Positions 1 to 8,167 of a stretch of 64,000 nt of DNA are shown here, one piece after another. Every line of letters begins with the position of its first letter. Position 1 is the stretch's first letter. The stretch lies in IMG/VR virus record IMGVR_UViG_3300020362_000001. One strand, given 5' to 3'. Source of the DNA: an uncultured virus (IMG/VR IMGVR_UViG_3300020362_000001) (taxonomy: Duplodnaviria > Heunggongvirae > Uroviricota > Caudoviricetes). Made by a program: the position numbers and the translations under genes. The notes under the pieces are model-generated. The model had not been told where the DNA came from, searched no databases, and worked only from the letters and a program-made list of their open reading frames with translations.

Positions 1-33
1 ATCACATTTGATGATTTAAAAATAGAAGAAGAC

Positions 34-273
34 ATGTCAGTAGGTCCTATGGCTAAAAAAGCTATAGAAATATTTGACAACGGATATGGAGTTCTAATAG
101 AGCGAAATAGACGAACATTAGGTAACCAAAGTAAGTTATGGCAAGTAACTTTAATAGATGCCGAGTGGGAAGAAATAGTAGAGAATTCTAAAATATCAAA
201 AGATGGTGTTTGGGAATATTGTGATGAGGATGAAATAAATGAAATATTAAAATTAATACAAACAGAGTTATAA
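34..273 (+). CDS. Hypothetical acidic phage protein
   Basis: 79-aa ORF, coupled (TAATG) to the next gene; no recognisable motif. Confidence 0.6.
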   Translation: MSVGPMAKKAIEIFDNGYGVLIERNRRTLGNQSKLWQVTLIDAEWEEIVENSKISKDGVWEYCDEDEINEILKLIQTEL

Positions 274-488
274 TGGAGCAAATAATTGAAATCAAGAAAA
301 ATAAAACTAACTATGTCCAAATTGAACTTAGGGAATATGAAGGACATGAGTATGTTGACGTAAGAGAATTTTACGATAGTCAAGATGGTAAACGATTACC
401 CACTAAAAAGGGTATTACGTTTTCTCCTAAGGTATTAGAGGAAGTAATTGATGGTTTAACCATGTTAAAAGATCAAATGAATGGATAA
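273..488 (+). CDS. PC4/Sub1-like ssDNA-binding protein
   Basis: YVDVREFY...LPTKKGITF matches the PC4 family signature. Confidence 0.85.
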   Translation: MEQIIEIKKNKTNYVQIELREYEGHEYVDVREFYDSQDGKRLPTKKGITFSPKVLEEVIDGLTMLKDQMNG

Positions 489-489
489 A

Positions 490-627
490 ATGAATGAAGT
501 AGAAAGATGTGTGTCATGTGGCACAACTACTCCTTATGTTATGAGGCAATCAATTCATGAGAGGTTATATTATATAGAGGGAGCAGGGCAATTATGTGAG
601 AATTGTCATTACGAAATTTACGGTTAA
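490..627 (+). CDS. Small Cys4 zinc-ribbon protein (45 aa)
   Basis: Hand-translated MNEVERCVSCG...YIEGAGQLCENCHYEIYG; two CxxC pairs; below the ORF-track cut-off. Confidence 0.7.
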   Translation: MNEVERCVSCGTTTPYVMRQSIHERLYYIEGAGQLCENCHYEIYG

Positions 628-642
628 TTAAAAATAAAGGTT

Positions 643-768
643 ATGGAATGTGCAATAAATGTTTTTGCGATAATAGGTTTATTTGCTACTTGTTTAGCAA
701 TATATTACTTTGCGATTGATCAAATCGCTATTTACAAGATAAATCAAGAATGGAAAAAAAACAAATAA
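643..768 (+). CDS. Small single-TM membrane protein (41 aa)
   Basis: Hand-translated MECAINVFAIIGLFATCLAIYYFAIDQ...; TAATG coupling to the next ORF. Confidence 0.6.
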   Translation: MECAINVFAIIGLFATCLAIYYFAIDQIAIYKINQEWKKNK

Positions 769-917
769 TGCTAGGATTAATAATTAAAATAAAGCAACTA
801 ATTCAAGCAACACCTAATGATCAAGAATTGGGAGCAAAAATAAGAGAATTAGCTTACAAAACAGAATTAATAAATCCATTTAATAAAGAAGCATATAATA
901 AATCCAGCGATGACTAA
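768..917 (+). CDS. Small hypothetical protein (49 aa, PNDQELG motif)
   Basis: Hand-translated MLGLIIKIKQLIQATPNDQELGAKIRELAY... Confidence 0.6.
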   Translation: MLGLIIKIKQLIQATPNDQELGAKIRELAYKTELINPFNKEAYNKSSDD

Positions 918-941
918 TAGGACTCAGTTAAGAATTTTTTG

Positions 942-1106
942 ATGGATGTGTCACCCCATAATACGGATATACAATTAAACCCTGTTATTGTGGGTGATCT
1001 AAAATTGTACTTTAGTGCTCGTGGTAACAACAAACATTACATTTTGGAGTACTTTGTTAACATGAAAACAGGGGAGAGAACCGAATACAATGATAGTAAA
1101 CGATAA
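942..1106 (+). CDS. Possible small hypothetical protein (54 aa)
   Basis: MDVSPHNTDIQLNPVIVGDLKLYFSARG...; one extra T in the T6 run at 935-940 would join it to the ATG at 910. Confidence 0.35.
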   Translation: MDVSPHNTDIQLNPVIVGDLKLYFSARGNNKHYILEYFVNMKTGERTEYNDSKR

Positions 1107-1821
1107 ATTAATTGGTGAGATTGCATTTGGGTTGTACGTTGTTTTCTACATTTGGTGTGTGTATGAGTTGGTATTTGTATGTCAATGTTAAACATAAACA
1201 CGCTGGTATTCAATGTATAACAGCGCGGTAAAACGATTAAAATTATGATGATGTCCAATCCACTATATGCGATAGTAAATGCTGTTAAACGCGTTACCCC
1301 TTATATTATATATGACAATAATGATATAGATAGATAATGAGGTACGGATATTTGTATAGATATATTACCAAAGATAGTGGTGCATTTGATAGATTAATGC
1401 CGTGGTGTATGCCCTTGTTGTTGCAGGCAACCAAATTTCTCATATGACTAAGTATATACTTGCATTATTAACAATCAGTACCGACGAAAATAAAAATTAT
1501 TTACAATAAAAACGCGTTTTAAATGAGGATAATACAAAAATTAAACATTTTTTAAAATAAATTTGGGGCCCCGGGGTAGGGGTTTTACATTACTTATATA
1601 AAAACAAATGGAAATATGGTCGAACTTGGTTTTAAAATAGAGCTTACACACCCAGGTGTGCATTGTTTGGTGGGGTTCCAAAAATGGGATGCCGATGATG
1701 ATCAGCCATATAATACATTTAAAATACATTTTCTATGGATCACACTAAGGTGGGATTGGGAGTAACATATTTCCGCTTCACACTTCGATACTACCCGCTT
1801 GCCTTACTCCGCTCAAGTGCT

Positions 1822-1852
1822 TTGGGCGGGGGATGATCCTATTGTATATTTA
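1822..1852 (+). promoter_or_regulatory. Class A promoter variant TTGG-N17-TGTATATTTA
   Basis: Same spacing as seven other copies; upstream of ORF 1868. Confidence 0.55.
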
Positions 1853-1867
1853 CTATAAACTGTAAAA

Positions 1868-2092
1868 ATGGCTACATTAAGTGAAATATACGATGAATTA
1901 GACAGAATTGGTGAGGACATCACCGCATATATAGAAGAATGCGACAATGGTAATTTATCCAGCGATTTAGCCGGAAATGTGGGAAATCCCATGGAAACGT
2001 TACTAGTTGCGCTGGAGACAATAATTGACGACAAAGATGCGGGAGTTTACGATCCTAGAGAAATTTATGAAAATCCTGAAGATTTTGAATAA
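1868..2092 (+). CDS. Highly acidic small protein
   Basis: 74 aa, D/E-rich, directly after a promoter-like motif. Confidence 0.65.
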   Translation: MATLSEIYDELDRIGEDITAYIEECDNGNLSSDLAGNVGNPMETLLVALETIIDDKDAGVYDPREIYENPEDFE

Positions 2093-2236
2093 TAGCGGGC
2101 CGATAGCGGATTGTTATCATACCGCTACCACGATAGCCGCGATCCATCGATGGGGCGTGGATACCGCAAAAAAGGTTGATAGATTTATGCATCTTCTACG
2201 ATTTTCCACATCGATTAGTATATACAAATATATTTT

Positions 2237-2401
2237 ATGCGAAAATTATGGAGATATTGGGCAAGAGCCCTAGGGGAAAAAATAGGGGAGACAGATGGGA
2301 GAGCAGATAATGTTGCTTTTATTAGAACTCTCATTATATTGCAAGCAGTTATAACAAATGTTTTAATAGCGTGGAATATAATTCGTAGATGGGATGAGTA
2401 A
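2237..2401 (+). CDS. Small membrane protein of the WAxALGEK type seen in T4-like phages (54 aa)
   Basis: Hand-translated MRKLWRYWARALGEKIGETDGRADNVAFIRTLIILQAVITNVLIAWNIIRRWDE. Confidence 0.7.
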   Translation: MRKLWRYWARALGEKIGETDGRADNVAFIRTLIILQAVITNVLIAWNIIRRWDE

Positions 2402-2469
2402 AAAAATAACGGAGTGGTCAAGATTATCATGGTTTTGTGGATGTGGCGCGCTAAATGCGGGATGGTTAG

Positions 2470-2691
2470 ATGATTGTGGAAAGTGTGGCAAAGACAAGAA
2501 AGAAAACCAAAAAGAGCACAACGAAAATTATAATGTGTTCACAATGTAATGAAGAATTCGCTACAGGATATGAATACCGCATGCATTGGGAAAAACATTT
2601 AGATGATTATTTAAAACATGGAATAGATTATGCCAGGGAAAAAGCAGAAAAAATTAAAGGATACCCCCTTATTAGATCGGGTTCAACTTGA
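2470..2691 (+). CDS. C2H2 zinc-finger protein
   Basis: CSQC-x12-HWEKH with Phe at the canonical position; true start may be ATG 2533. Confidence 0.6.
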   Translation: MIVESVAKTRKKTKKSTTKIIMCSQCNEEFATGYEYRMHWEKHLDDYLKHGIDYAREKAEKIKGYPLIRSGST

Positions 2692-2800
2692 GCGAGAGTT
2701 ATGGAATGCAGCATTGCGAGTTCCACCTCCTTTTCGTAGTAAAAAGACATATTCTCGCAAGGGCAAGGCCCGTTTTAGGGATTTCAACAAAGAGGATTAG
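2630..2800 (+). CDS. Small basic protein with KKxYxRKxK motif (56 aa)
   Basis: Hand-translated MPGKKQKKLKDTPLLDRVQLERELWNAALRVPPPFRSKKTYSRKGKARFRDFNKED. Confidence 0.55.
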   Translation: MPGKKQKKLKDTPLLDRVQLERELWNAALRVPPPFRSKKTYSRKGKARFRDFNKED

Positions 2801-2855
2801 ATCCGCAACCTCTTCTTAAAAAAGATTTTTCATATCGACAAGAGTATATATTTAT

Positions 2856-3131
2856 ATGCAGATAATTGCAGATATGATAACATTTCTTTATAGTACCGCA
2901 CAATTTTTAGTATTCTTTGGTATCTTCTATGGATTAATGAGATATTTTAAACCAGATGTTAAATTATTTGGACAAGTTGTAATTGGTATTAATGTATTTG
3001 CTGTTTGGCTCTATATAGCAGGTGTATTCAATCAATCTATCCCTTTCCCTCTCGCTACCCCTAAGATATTTCTACATGGGTTAGTTGCAATTATTATATA
3101 TACGGTTTTAAGATTAGAGGATGGTAAGTGA
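2856..3131 (+). CDS. Multi-pass membrane protein
   Basis: Three hydrophobic segments; ATATTTAT immediately upstream. Confidence 0.65.
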   Translation: MQIIADMITFLYSTAQFLVFFGIFYGLMRYFKPDVKLFGQVVIGINVFAVWLYIAGVFNQSIPFPLATPKIFLHGLVAIIIYTVLRLEDGK

Positions 3132-3206
3132 GGATTACGTAATTTTATCGTTAGCTGGTTGTTGGTTGCTTTTCTGTTTTGTATCTTGGGTACAAAGTAA
3201 GTAATT

Positions 3207-3377
3207 ATGAGGTTATTATTAATATTTGTATTTTTATTCAGTATTTTTGGGTGTTATAGTGATGATTTAGCAGAAGAACATTGCCACATAGTACTTAAAG
3301 AAGTTAAAAACCAAAGCGGAGTCACAATTGATACTTATGTATTTTGGTCAGATTGTCCAGAATATCAAACAAATTAA
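3207..3377 (+). CDS. Small lipoprotein (56 aa)
   Basis: Hand-translated MRLLLIFVFLFSIFG-C-YSDDLAEE; lipobox followed by an acidic stretch. Confidence 0.6.
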   Translation: MRLLLIFVFLFSIFGCYSDDLAEEHCHIVLKEVKNQSGVTIDTYVFWSDCPEYQTN

Positions 3378-3381
3378 ATTT

Positions 3382-3552
3382 ATGAAAAAGTATTTATATA
3401 ATTTAGCTAAAAAATCACCAATACGAAAATGGGCTTTATCACTAACAGGTTGGAAGTGGTTAGCATGGCAATTAATAGCGGGTGGTGTGTTTTTTATTAT
3501 ATTAGAAATTATATTGAATCAAATAGGAATGACTATGATTCCTTGGAAGTAA
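3382..3552 (+). CDS. Small Trp-rich membrane protein
   Basis: MKKYLYNLAKKSPIRKWALSLTGWKWLAWQLIAGG...; ATG 3382 preferred over track start 3328. Confidence 0.6.
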   Translation: MKKYLYNLAKKSPIRKWALSLTGWKWLAWQLIAGGVFFIILEIILNQIGMTMIPWK

Positions 3553-3564
3553 TGCACAGGAGGC

Positions 3565-3596
3565 TTGGAGTCCCAAGATACTGTTCGTATATTTAT
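3565..3596 (+). promoter_or_regulatory. Class A promoter TTGG-N17-CGTATATTTAT (overlaps late motif)
   Basis: Exact 17-nt spacing; upstream of ORF 3622. Confidence 0.75.
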
Positions 3597-3621
3597 GGTA
3601 TAAATAAATAAATAAAAGGTT

Positions 3622-3879
3622 ATGATTAAACATTCAGAATTAAGAAAATTAAGTATTGAAGAATTAAGAGGATTACAGGCTCAAATTAAGTATGTAATTC
3701 AAGATAAATTAATTGAATCTCACGAAGATATCAGAGTAGGTTCTAAAGTAAGAATCAATCATAGAAAATGTATAGGTAAAGAATATATTGTTGAAAAAAT
3801 CAATAGAAAAACTTATATATTAAGAAATGAAAATGGTGGAAAAGTTAAAGCATCATTAGGTTTAATTGAAGCTATTTAA
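3622..3879 (+). CDS. Hypothetical protein, possible SH3/KOW-like C-terminal barrel
   Basis: IRVGSKVRINH...YIVEKINRKT pattern. Confidence 0.6.
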   Translation: MIKHSELRKLSIEELRGLQAQIKYVIQDKLIESHEDIRVGSKVRINHRKCIGKEYIVEKINRKTYILRNENGGKVKASLGLIEAI

Positions 3880-3881
3880 TT

Positions 3882-4097
3882 ATGAGATATATGAATCAAG
3901 ATTATGTAGTACAAGAGTTGTTGGGTATGATTAGTACCCAACAACAACAAGGTAGAGTTTTTCCCGAACTATCAAATGATAGAATATTAGCGATTGCGGA
4001 TTCATTTTTATTTGAATGGAATGAATTAGGTGATCCGGATGCCAATTTTGAGGCAATGTTAGAATGGACTTTAGATCAAAATTTAGCACATGCATAA
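3882..4097 (+). CDS. Hypothetical protein
   Basis: 71-aa ORF in a tight operon. Confidence 0.6.
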   Translation: MRYMNQDYVVQELLGMISTQQQQGRVFPELSNDRILAIADSFLFEWNELGDPDANFEAMLEWTLDQNLAHA

Positions 4098-4551
4098 TAT
4101 GAAAAATTTTAAGACAGATAGATTTGATATACCTTATTTAAAACCCAATTTAAAGGTTTTAATAGAAACAGATAAAGGAAAAAGATATATGAAAGTAACT
4201 AATATGGTTACTCAGAAAAAAGATGAAATATATTTTGGGCATCTAAATGATTATCTAAATAGCTCACATATATCAGATGCTAGGGACGTTACAAATGGTG
4301 TTAAAAAAGGAGATGGAGAAGGTTTATCATCTAAATATATAGGAAATTATGACCATGAGGATATTCCATTACCTAAGAATATGGATTTAGCAGAACAAAT
4401 TGTTAAATTCGCTAAAGGTAAAAGAAAAGGATTTACTAAGGAATTAGTAGATCAATGGAATAAAGATTTAGAATTTGATTTACATTCAAAACTAAAAACT
4501 TATGGTTTTATGGGAGCTAAGAGATTAAACATGATATTTAAAATTTCCTAA
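4090..4551 (+). CDS. Hypothetical protein
   Basis: 153-aa ORF overlapping the previous stop. Confidence 0.65.
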   Translation: MHNMKNFKTDRFDIPYLKPNLKVLIETDKGKRYMKVTNMVTQKKDEIYFGHLNDYLNSSHISDARDVTNGVKKGDGEGLSSKYIGNYDHEDIPLPKNMDLAEQIVKFAKGKRKGFTKELVDQWNKDLEFDLHSKLKTYGFMGAKRLNMIFKIS

Positions 4552-4552
4552 T

Positions 4553-5134
4553 ATGAAAAATAAAACAAAAACAGGAGAATGGGTATTATATTGGATACTC
4601 GTAGCATTGACGTGTTTAGGTTTTGCCACTAGTTGTACTCCAGAACCCCTCAACTGGGTTGACCACTCCGAATATTTAAATTATGATAAAGAAAGATTCA
4701 TACCAAAGGCGTTCATCGTCAAAGAAAAACAATACCAAGAAGTATATATTGACTCGCTCGAATCAGATACGTACTTCTTACTCTACGCCGAGGCAAATAA
4801 AATGCCCGAGCGCTACCGCTATAATGGCGAGTATAATATTTGGGCCTCCTTTTCTACTCCTGACGGCTATAATGATGGGACTAACACTAATTTTGTTGAT
4901 AACATTCCTTATGTTAGTTCTAACCGTGTTAGGTTTGACCGTCCTAGAGTCTTTAATGGTAAAGTACAAGGCTATGAACCAAAAGAGTTGGATCTCTACA
5001 CTAAACAAACTGTTGGACCGATTCACAAAACAGCCGTAAAACGGCGCGATACTATATCAATTTATATGGACGTGACATTTGATGATGAATATTTCGTTAG
5101 AGACACTTTATTCGTTGTTTTACGCCCTAAATAG
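4553..5134 (+). CDS. Predicted lipoprotein
   Basis: Basic N-terminus, hydrophobic core, FATS-C-TPEP lipobox. Confidence 0.7.
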   Translation: MKNKTKTGEWVLYWILVALTCLGFATSCTPEPLNWVDHSEYLNYDKERFIPKAFIVKEKQYQEVYIDSLESDTYFLLYAEANKMPERYRYNGEYNIWASFSTPDGYNDGTNTNFVDNIPYVSSNRVRFDRPRVFNGKVQGYEPKELDLYTKQTVGPIHKTAVKRRDTISIYMDVTFDDEYFVRDTLFVVLRPK

Positions 5135-5220
5135 TATATATGTATTATCGGATATACTCATTCTAGAGTAACCTTTCAATAAGGAGTCTGGCTGAGTCAA
5201 ATTAAATAGATTTTAAAAAT

Positions 5221-5508
5221 ATGGATGCAAAAAACATGCTAGAAGGATTCTTAAATGAATTAGAATTTGTTCATGAGAATTTTAGTAAAACTAAAGAAGG
5301 TTTACTTGAAGTTGCCTTATCTCCTTTTGAACCTTTATTTATTAAAGATTCAAGAGGCAAGTATATTTCTGCTAATATAGAAGAAAAAGATAAAAAAGAA
5401 CTTATAAAAACCTTTGATGAAGATCTTTTACCTATGTTTAAAGAAAATAAATACAAAAAAGGAATTGATCAAGTAAATAAATGGAAAAAAATTCTCGAAG
5501 AAAACTAG
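5221..5508 (+). CDS. Hypothetical protein
   Basis: 95-aa ORF with typical codon usage. Confidence 0.6.
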   Translation: MDAKNMLEGFLNELEFVHENFSKTKEGLLEVALSPFEPLFIKDSRGKYISANIEEKDKKELIKTFDEDLLPMFKENKYKKGIDQVNKWKKILEEN

Positions 5509-5534
5509 GAAAAGCCAAAAATTGTTCGTAGCTT
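5506..5534 (+). promoter_or_regulatory. Class A promoter variant TAGG-N17-CGTAGCTT
   Basis: 17-nt spacing; upstream of the glutaredoxin gene, which also has ATATTTAT at 5561-5568. Confidence 0.55.
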
Positions 5535-5571
5535 CTAAATACGGAGAGTTTAGAAATTTAATATTTATAAA

Positions 5572-5913
5572 ATGGGGGTTTTAGAGAAAATAGGAAAAAA
5601 GGGGGTAGGGGAAATAACGTTATATACAATTTCCGATTGTAAATACTGTCAAGCACTCAAAGGTACACTCCAAGAACTCAGAATCCCATTTACTAATATT
5701 GATGTTGAACAAAATGAAGCTGTTGGTGATTACCTAGAATCAAAACTTGGAACGGAATATTATCCAATTATATGCATTAAAAAAGCACCAGAAGAATATA
5801 CTTACATAATTTCAGAAACAAATTTGGAGAAACTAAGTCGCATTCGTATATTTAACTCAATTGAGGAAGCTCTTGAGATCCTCTTACAATATTATTATGA
5901 AATACAAGTTTAA
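5572..5913 (+). CDS. Glutaredoxin-like protein
   Basis: ITLYTISDCKYC (CxxC) and YYP cis-Pro motif. Confidence 0.85.
   Translation: MGVLEKIGKKGVGEITLYTISDCKYCQALKGTLQELRIPFTNIDVEQNEAVGDYLESKLGTEYYPIICIKKAPEEYTYIISETNLEKLSRIRIFNSIEEALEILLQYYYEIQV
5824..5854 (+). promoter_or_regulatory. Class A promoter TTGG-N17-CGTATATTTA (inside glutaredoxin gene)
   Basis: Exact consensus upstream of the HD gene. Confidence 0.7.
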
Positions 5914-5916
5914 TCT

Positions 5917-6672
5917 ATGGTTTTAACAGCGGAGCAAATTAAGGAGAACTATGATGTTCTCATTAAGGGTATAGAAAAATACGTAACGGGTGATAGAAAG
6001 CAGAAATTTCTAGACTTTTATAATAGTTTAGATGATCGTATTGCTCTACTCCCAGCTTCACATAAAAAAGCGTATCATAATTGTTTTCCCGGTGGTTATG
6101 TTGAACACGTAGTTCGTGTTATTACGGCTGCATTCAAGCTACATGCTGTATGGTCGGAAATGGGAATGGCAGATACTTTTACTGAGGAGGAGTTGTTTGT
6201 CTCCGCTTTAAACCATGATTTAGGAAAAATAGGTTCACTTGAAGAGGTTTCTGTTTTTCCATCTACAGATGAATGGAGAAAGAAAAATTTAGGGGAAATG
6301 TATACTTTTAATACTAAAAATGAGTATATGACAGTTCCCGATCGTTCATTGTTTTTACTTCAACAAGCAGGAATTCAATTAACTACTAATGAATATATTG
6401 CTATAAAAACACACGATGGTTTATATGATGATGCTAATAGTCCTTATTTAAAAGGATTTATGCCCGAAACTAAACCACGTACTTCACTCCCTTATGTTTT
6501 ACACCAGGCTGACCTTATGGCAGCAAGAATAGAGTTTGAACGAGAATGGAATGGTAAGTTCGGTAAAGAACAACCAAAACAAAAAGTTTCAAAACAAGAT
6601 CGAGTTAATACTAACTTAGATAAAATAGGTTCTGGAAAAGATAATTTAATGAATTTAGTAAAGAATCTCTAA
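5917..6672 (+). CDS. HD-domain phosphohydrolase (YhaM-like)
   Basis: PAS..YH..FPGGYVEH, LNHDLGKIG, THDG and LHQAD motifs. Confidence 0.85.
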   Translation: MVLTAEQIKENYDVLIKGIEKYVTGDRKQKFLDFYNSLDDRIALLPASHKKAYHNCFPGGYVEHVVRVITAAFKLHAVWSEMGMADTFTEEELFVSALNHDLGKIGSLEEVSVFPSTDEWRKKNLGEMYTFNTKNEYMTVPDRSLFLLQQAGIQLTTNEYIAIKTHDGLYDDANSPYLKGFMPETKPRTSLPYVLHQADLMAARIEFEREWNGKFGKEQPKQKVSKQDRVNTNLDKIGSGKDNLMNLVKNL

Positions 6673-6956
6673 TGGATACAATTACCATTATTTTAATCAA
6701 CGTTGGTGTCCTTGTTTTTGGGGTCATTTTTTATATCATTTGGAATTTAATGAGAAAAAATGAAAAACTTGAAGATGAAATCCTTAAAAGGGACAATTAT
6801 ATAGAAAATATTACGACTATAATGTCCGAATCGGATCGTAAAATTAAAGAGATCGATTCAAAACAAATTTTCCAATCAGATGATGAGATAGGATGGTTTT
6901 TTTCCGGAATTAAAGAGATTCAGGAACTTATAAACGAGTATAATATAAATAAATGA
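6672..6956 (+). CDS. Single-TM coiled-coil protein
   Basis: N-terminal TM helix, DDEIGWFF motif. Confidence 0.7.
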   Translation: MDTITIILINVGVLVFGVIFYIIWNLMRKNEKLEDEILKRDNYIENITTIMSESDRKIKEIDSKQIFQSDDEIGWFFSGIKEIQELINEYNINK

Positions 6957-7759
6957 ACCTACCTATTGATGAAAAGCTCCAGGGGAACATTCTAACTCCA
7001 CCTAAGCGAGACGAGGGTCCAATGTATACTAAAAAAGGTACATTAAGAAAAAGGAGACCTAAAACTAAAAACCAATATTTTACTGCTGATACTGAGGAGG
7101 CTATTCTTGAGTATCTAAAAGAAACTGATGAAAAAAAACGCAATCAAATATATAACGATCGTATTTGGTATGCATTTCATAAATTAACAGAAAATATTAT
7201 TCACACTTTTAAATTCTACTATACTGAAGTAGATACTATAGGGGAATTACAACATGAAGTAACTGCCTTTCTTTTAGAAAAATTACACTTATATAAACAA
7301 GATAAAGGTAAGGCATTTTCTTATTTTGGTACTATTGCTAAACGTTATTTAATACTTTATAATAATAATAATTATAAAAAATTAAAACAAAGAGCAGAAG
7401 TAGACGCTGTTGATAACGATCAATCTATATTAGTAGATTTAGTTAATAATCAATCTATAGATAAACCAAAAGATGAAGCTACTGAATTTATAGAATACTT
7501 AATTCAATATTTTGATATACATTTATTTGATCATTTTCCTAAACATGAAGATGCTAGAACAGCTGATGCAATATTATCTTTATTTAGAAGAAGAGAACAT
7601 ATAGAATTATTCAATAAAAAAGCTATATACATTTACATTCGTGAGATGACTGATCAAAGTACTCCACAAATTACTAAAGTACTAAAACGAATGAAAAAAA
7701 TATATAAAAAACTAATGGCTCAATACATTGAACATGGGACTGTTAGTATGGCATTCTAA
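6953..7759 (+). CDS. Phage late-transcription sigma factor (T4 gp55-like)
   Basis: NQYFT..., sigma region-2-like LLEKLHLYKQDKGKAFSYFGTIAKR, C-terminal HTH-like segment. Confidence 0.75.
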   Translation: MNLPIDEKLQGNILTPPKRDEGPMYTKKGTLRKRRPKTKNQYFTADTEEAILEYLKETDEKKRNQIYNDRIWYAFHKLTENIIHTFKFYYTEVDTIGELQHEVTAFLLEKLHLYKQDKGKAFSYFGTIAKRYLILYNNNNYKKLKQRAEVDAVDNDQSILVDLVNNQSIDKPKDEATEFIEYLIQYFDIHLFDHFPKHEDARTADAILSLFRRREHIELFNKKAIYIYIREMTDQSTPQITKVLKRMKKIYKKLMAQYIEHGTVSMAF

Positions 7760-7774
7760 ACTTTTAGTACATCT

Positions 7775-7782
7775 ATATTTAT
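7775..7782 (+). promoter_or_regulatory. Late promoter motif ATATTTAT (head of baseplate operon)
   Basis: Recurs in short intergenic gaps before late genes. Confidence 0.7.
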
Positions 7783-7798
7783 ATCCAAAGTATAGACT

Positions 7799-8167
7799 AT
7801 GGATTTTTCACAAGTAAAATTATTTGGAAAGAAAAACTTTTCTGATCTTTTAAAAGAAATTCACACTAATCAAAAAGATAAAGAAACACAACTACGTTCT
7901 TTAATAGAGGGTTTAAAACCATTAATTACATCACCAGGTGAAGCTACTATGATTGTTCCTTTAATAAAGGAATATATGGAACTAGCAATTAAAAATGATG
8001 ATGCATTAATTAAAATGGCAGGTATAGTACAACGTGCTATGAATAGTAAAATAGCAGATGGTGATGAATTACTTTCTGAAGAAGATAAAGAAATGTTATT
8101 TAGCTCATTGCAAGAATTAGATAAAAAAACAGAAAAAACAATTGTAGATAATGTCAGGACCACTTGA
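7799..8167 (+). CDS. Helical hypothetical protein (possible small terminase-like)
   Basis: 122 aa, helical, late motif upstream; function uncertain. Confidence 0.55.
   Translation: MDFSQVKLFGKKNFSDLLKEIHTNQKDKETQLRSLIEGLKPLITSPGEATMIVPLIKEYMELAIKNDDALIKMAGIVQRAMNSKIADGDELLSEEDKEMLFSSLQELDKKTEKTIVDNVRTT

Noticed and set aside
910..945. Programmed frameshift at the T6 run joining MTNRTQLRIF to ORF 942
   Set aside because: Equally explained by a homopolymer sequencing error or chance; no supporting structure.
1565..1582. G-quadruplex
   Set aside because: Only three closely spaced G-tracts, and the CCCC run competes for pairing.
2025..5039. Alternative-frame + strand ORFs 2025-2273, 3429-3611 and 4683-5039 (also 40306-40545)
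   Set aside because: They overlap better-supported genes in another frame and lack recognisable features.
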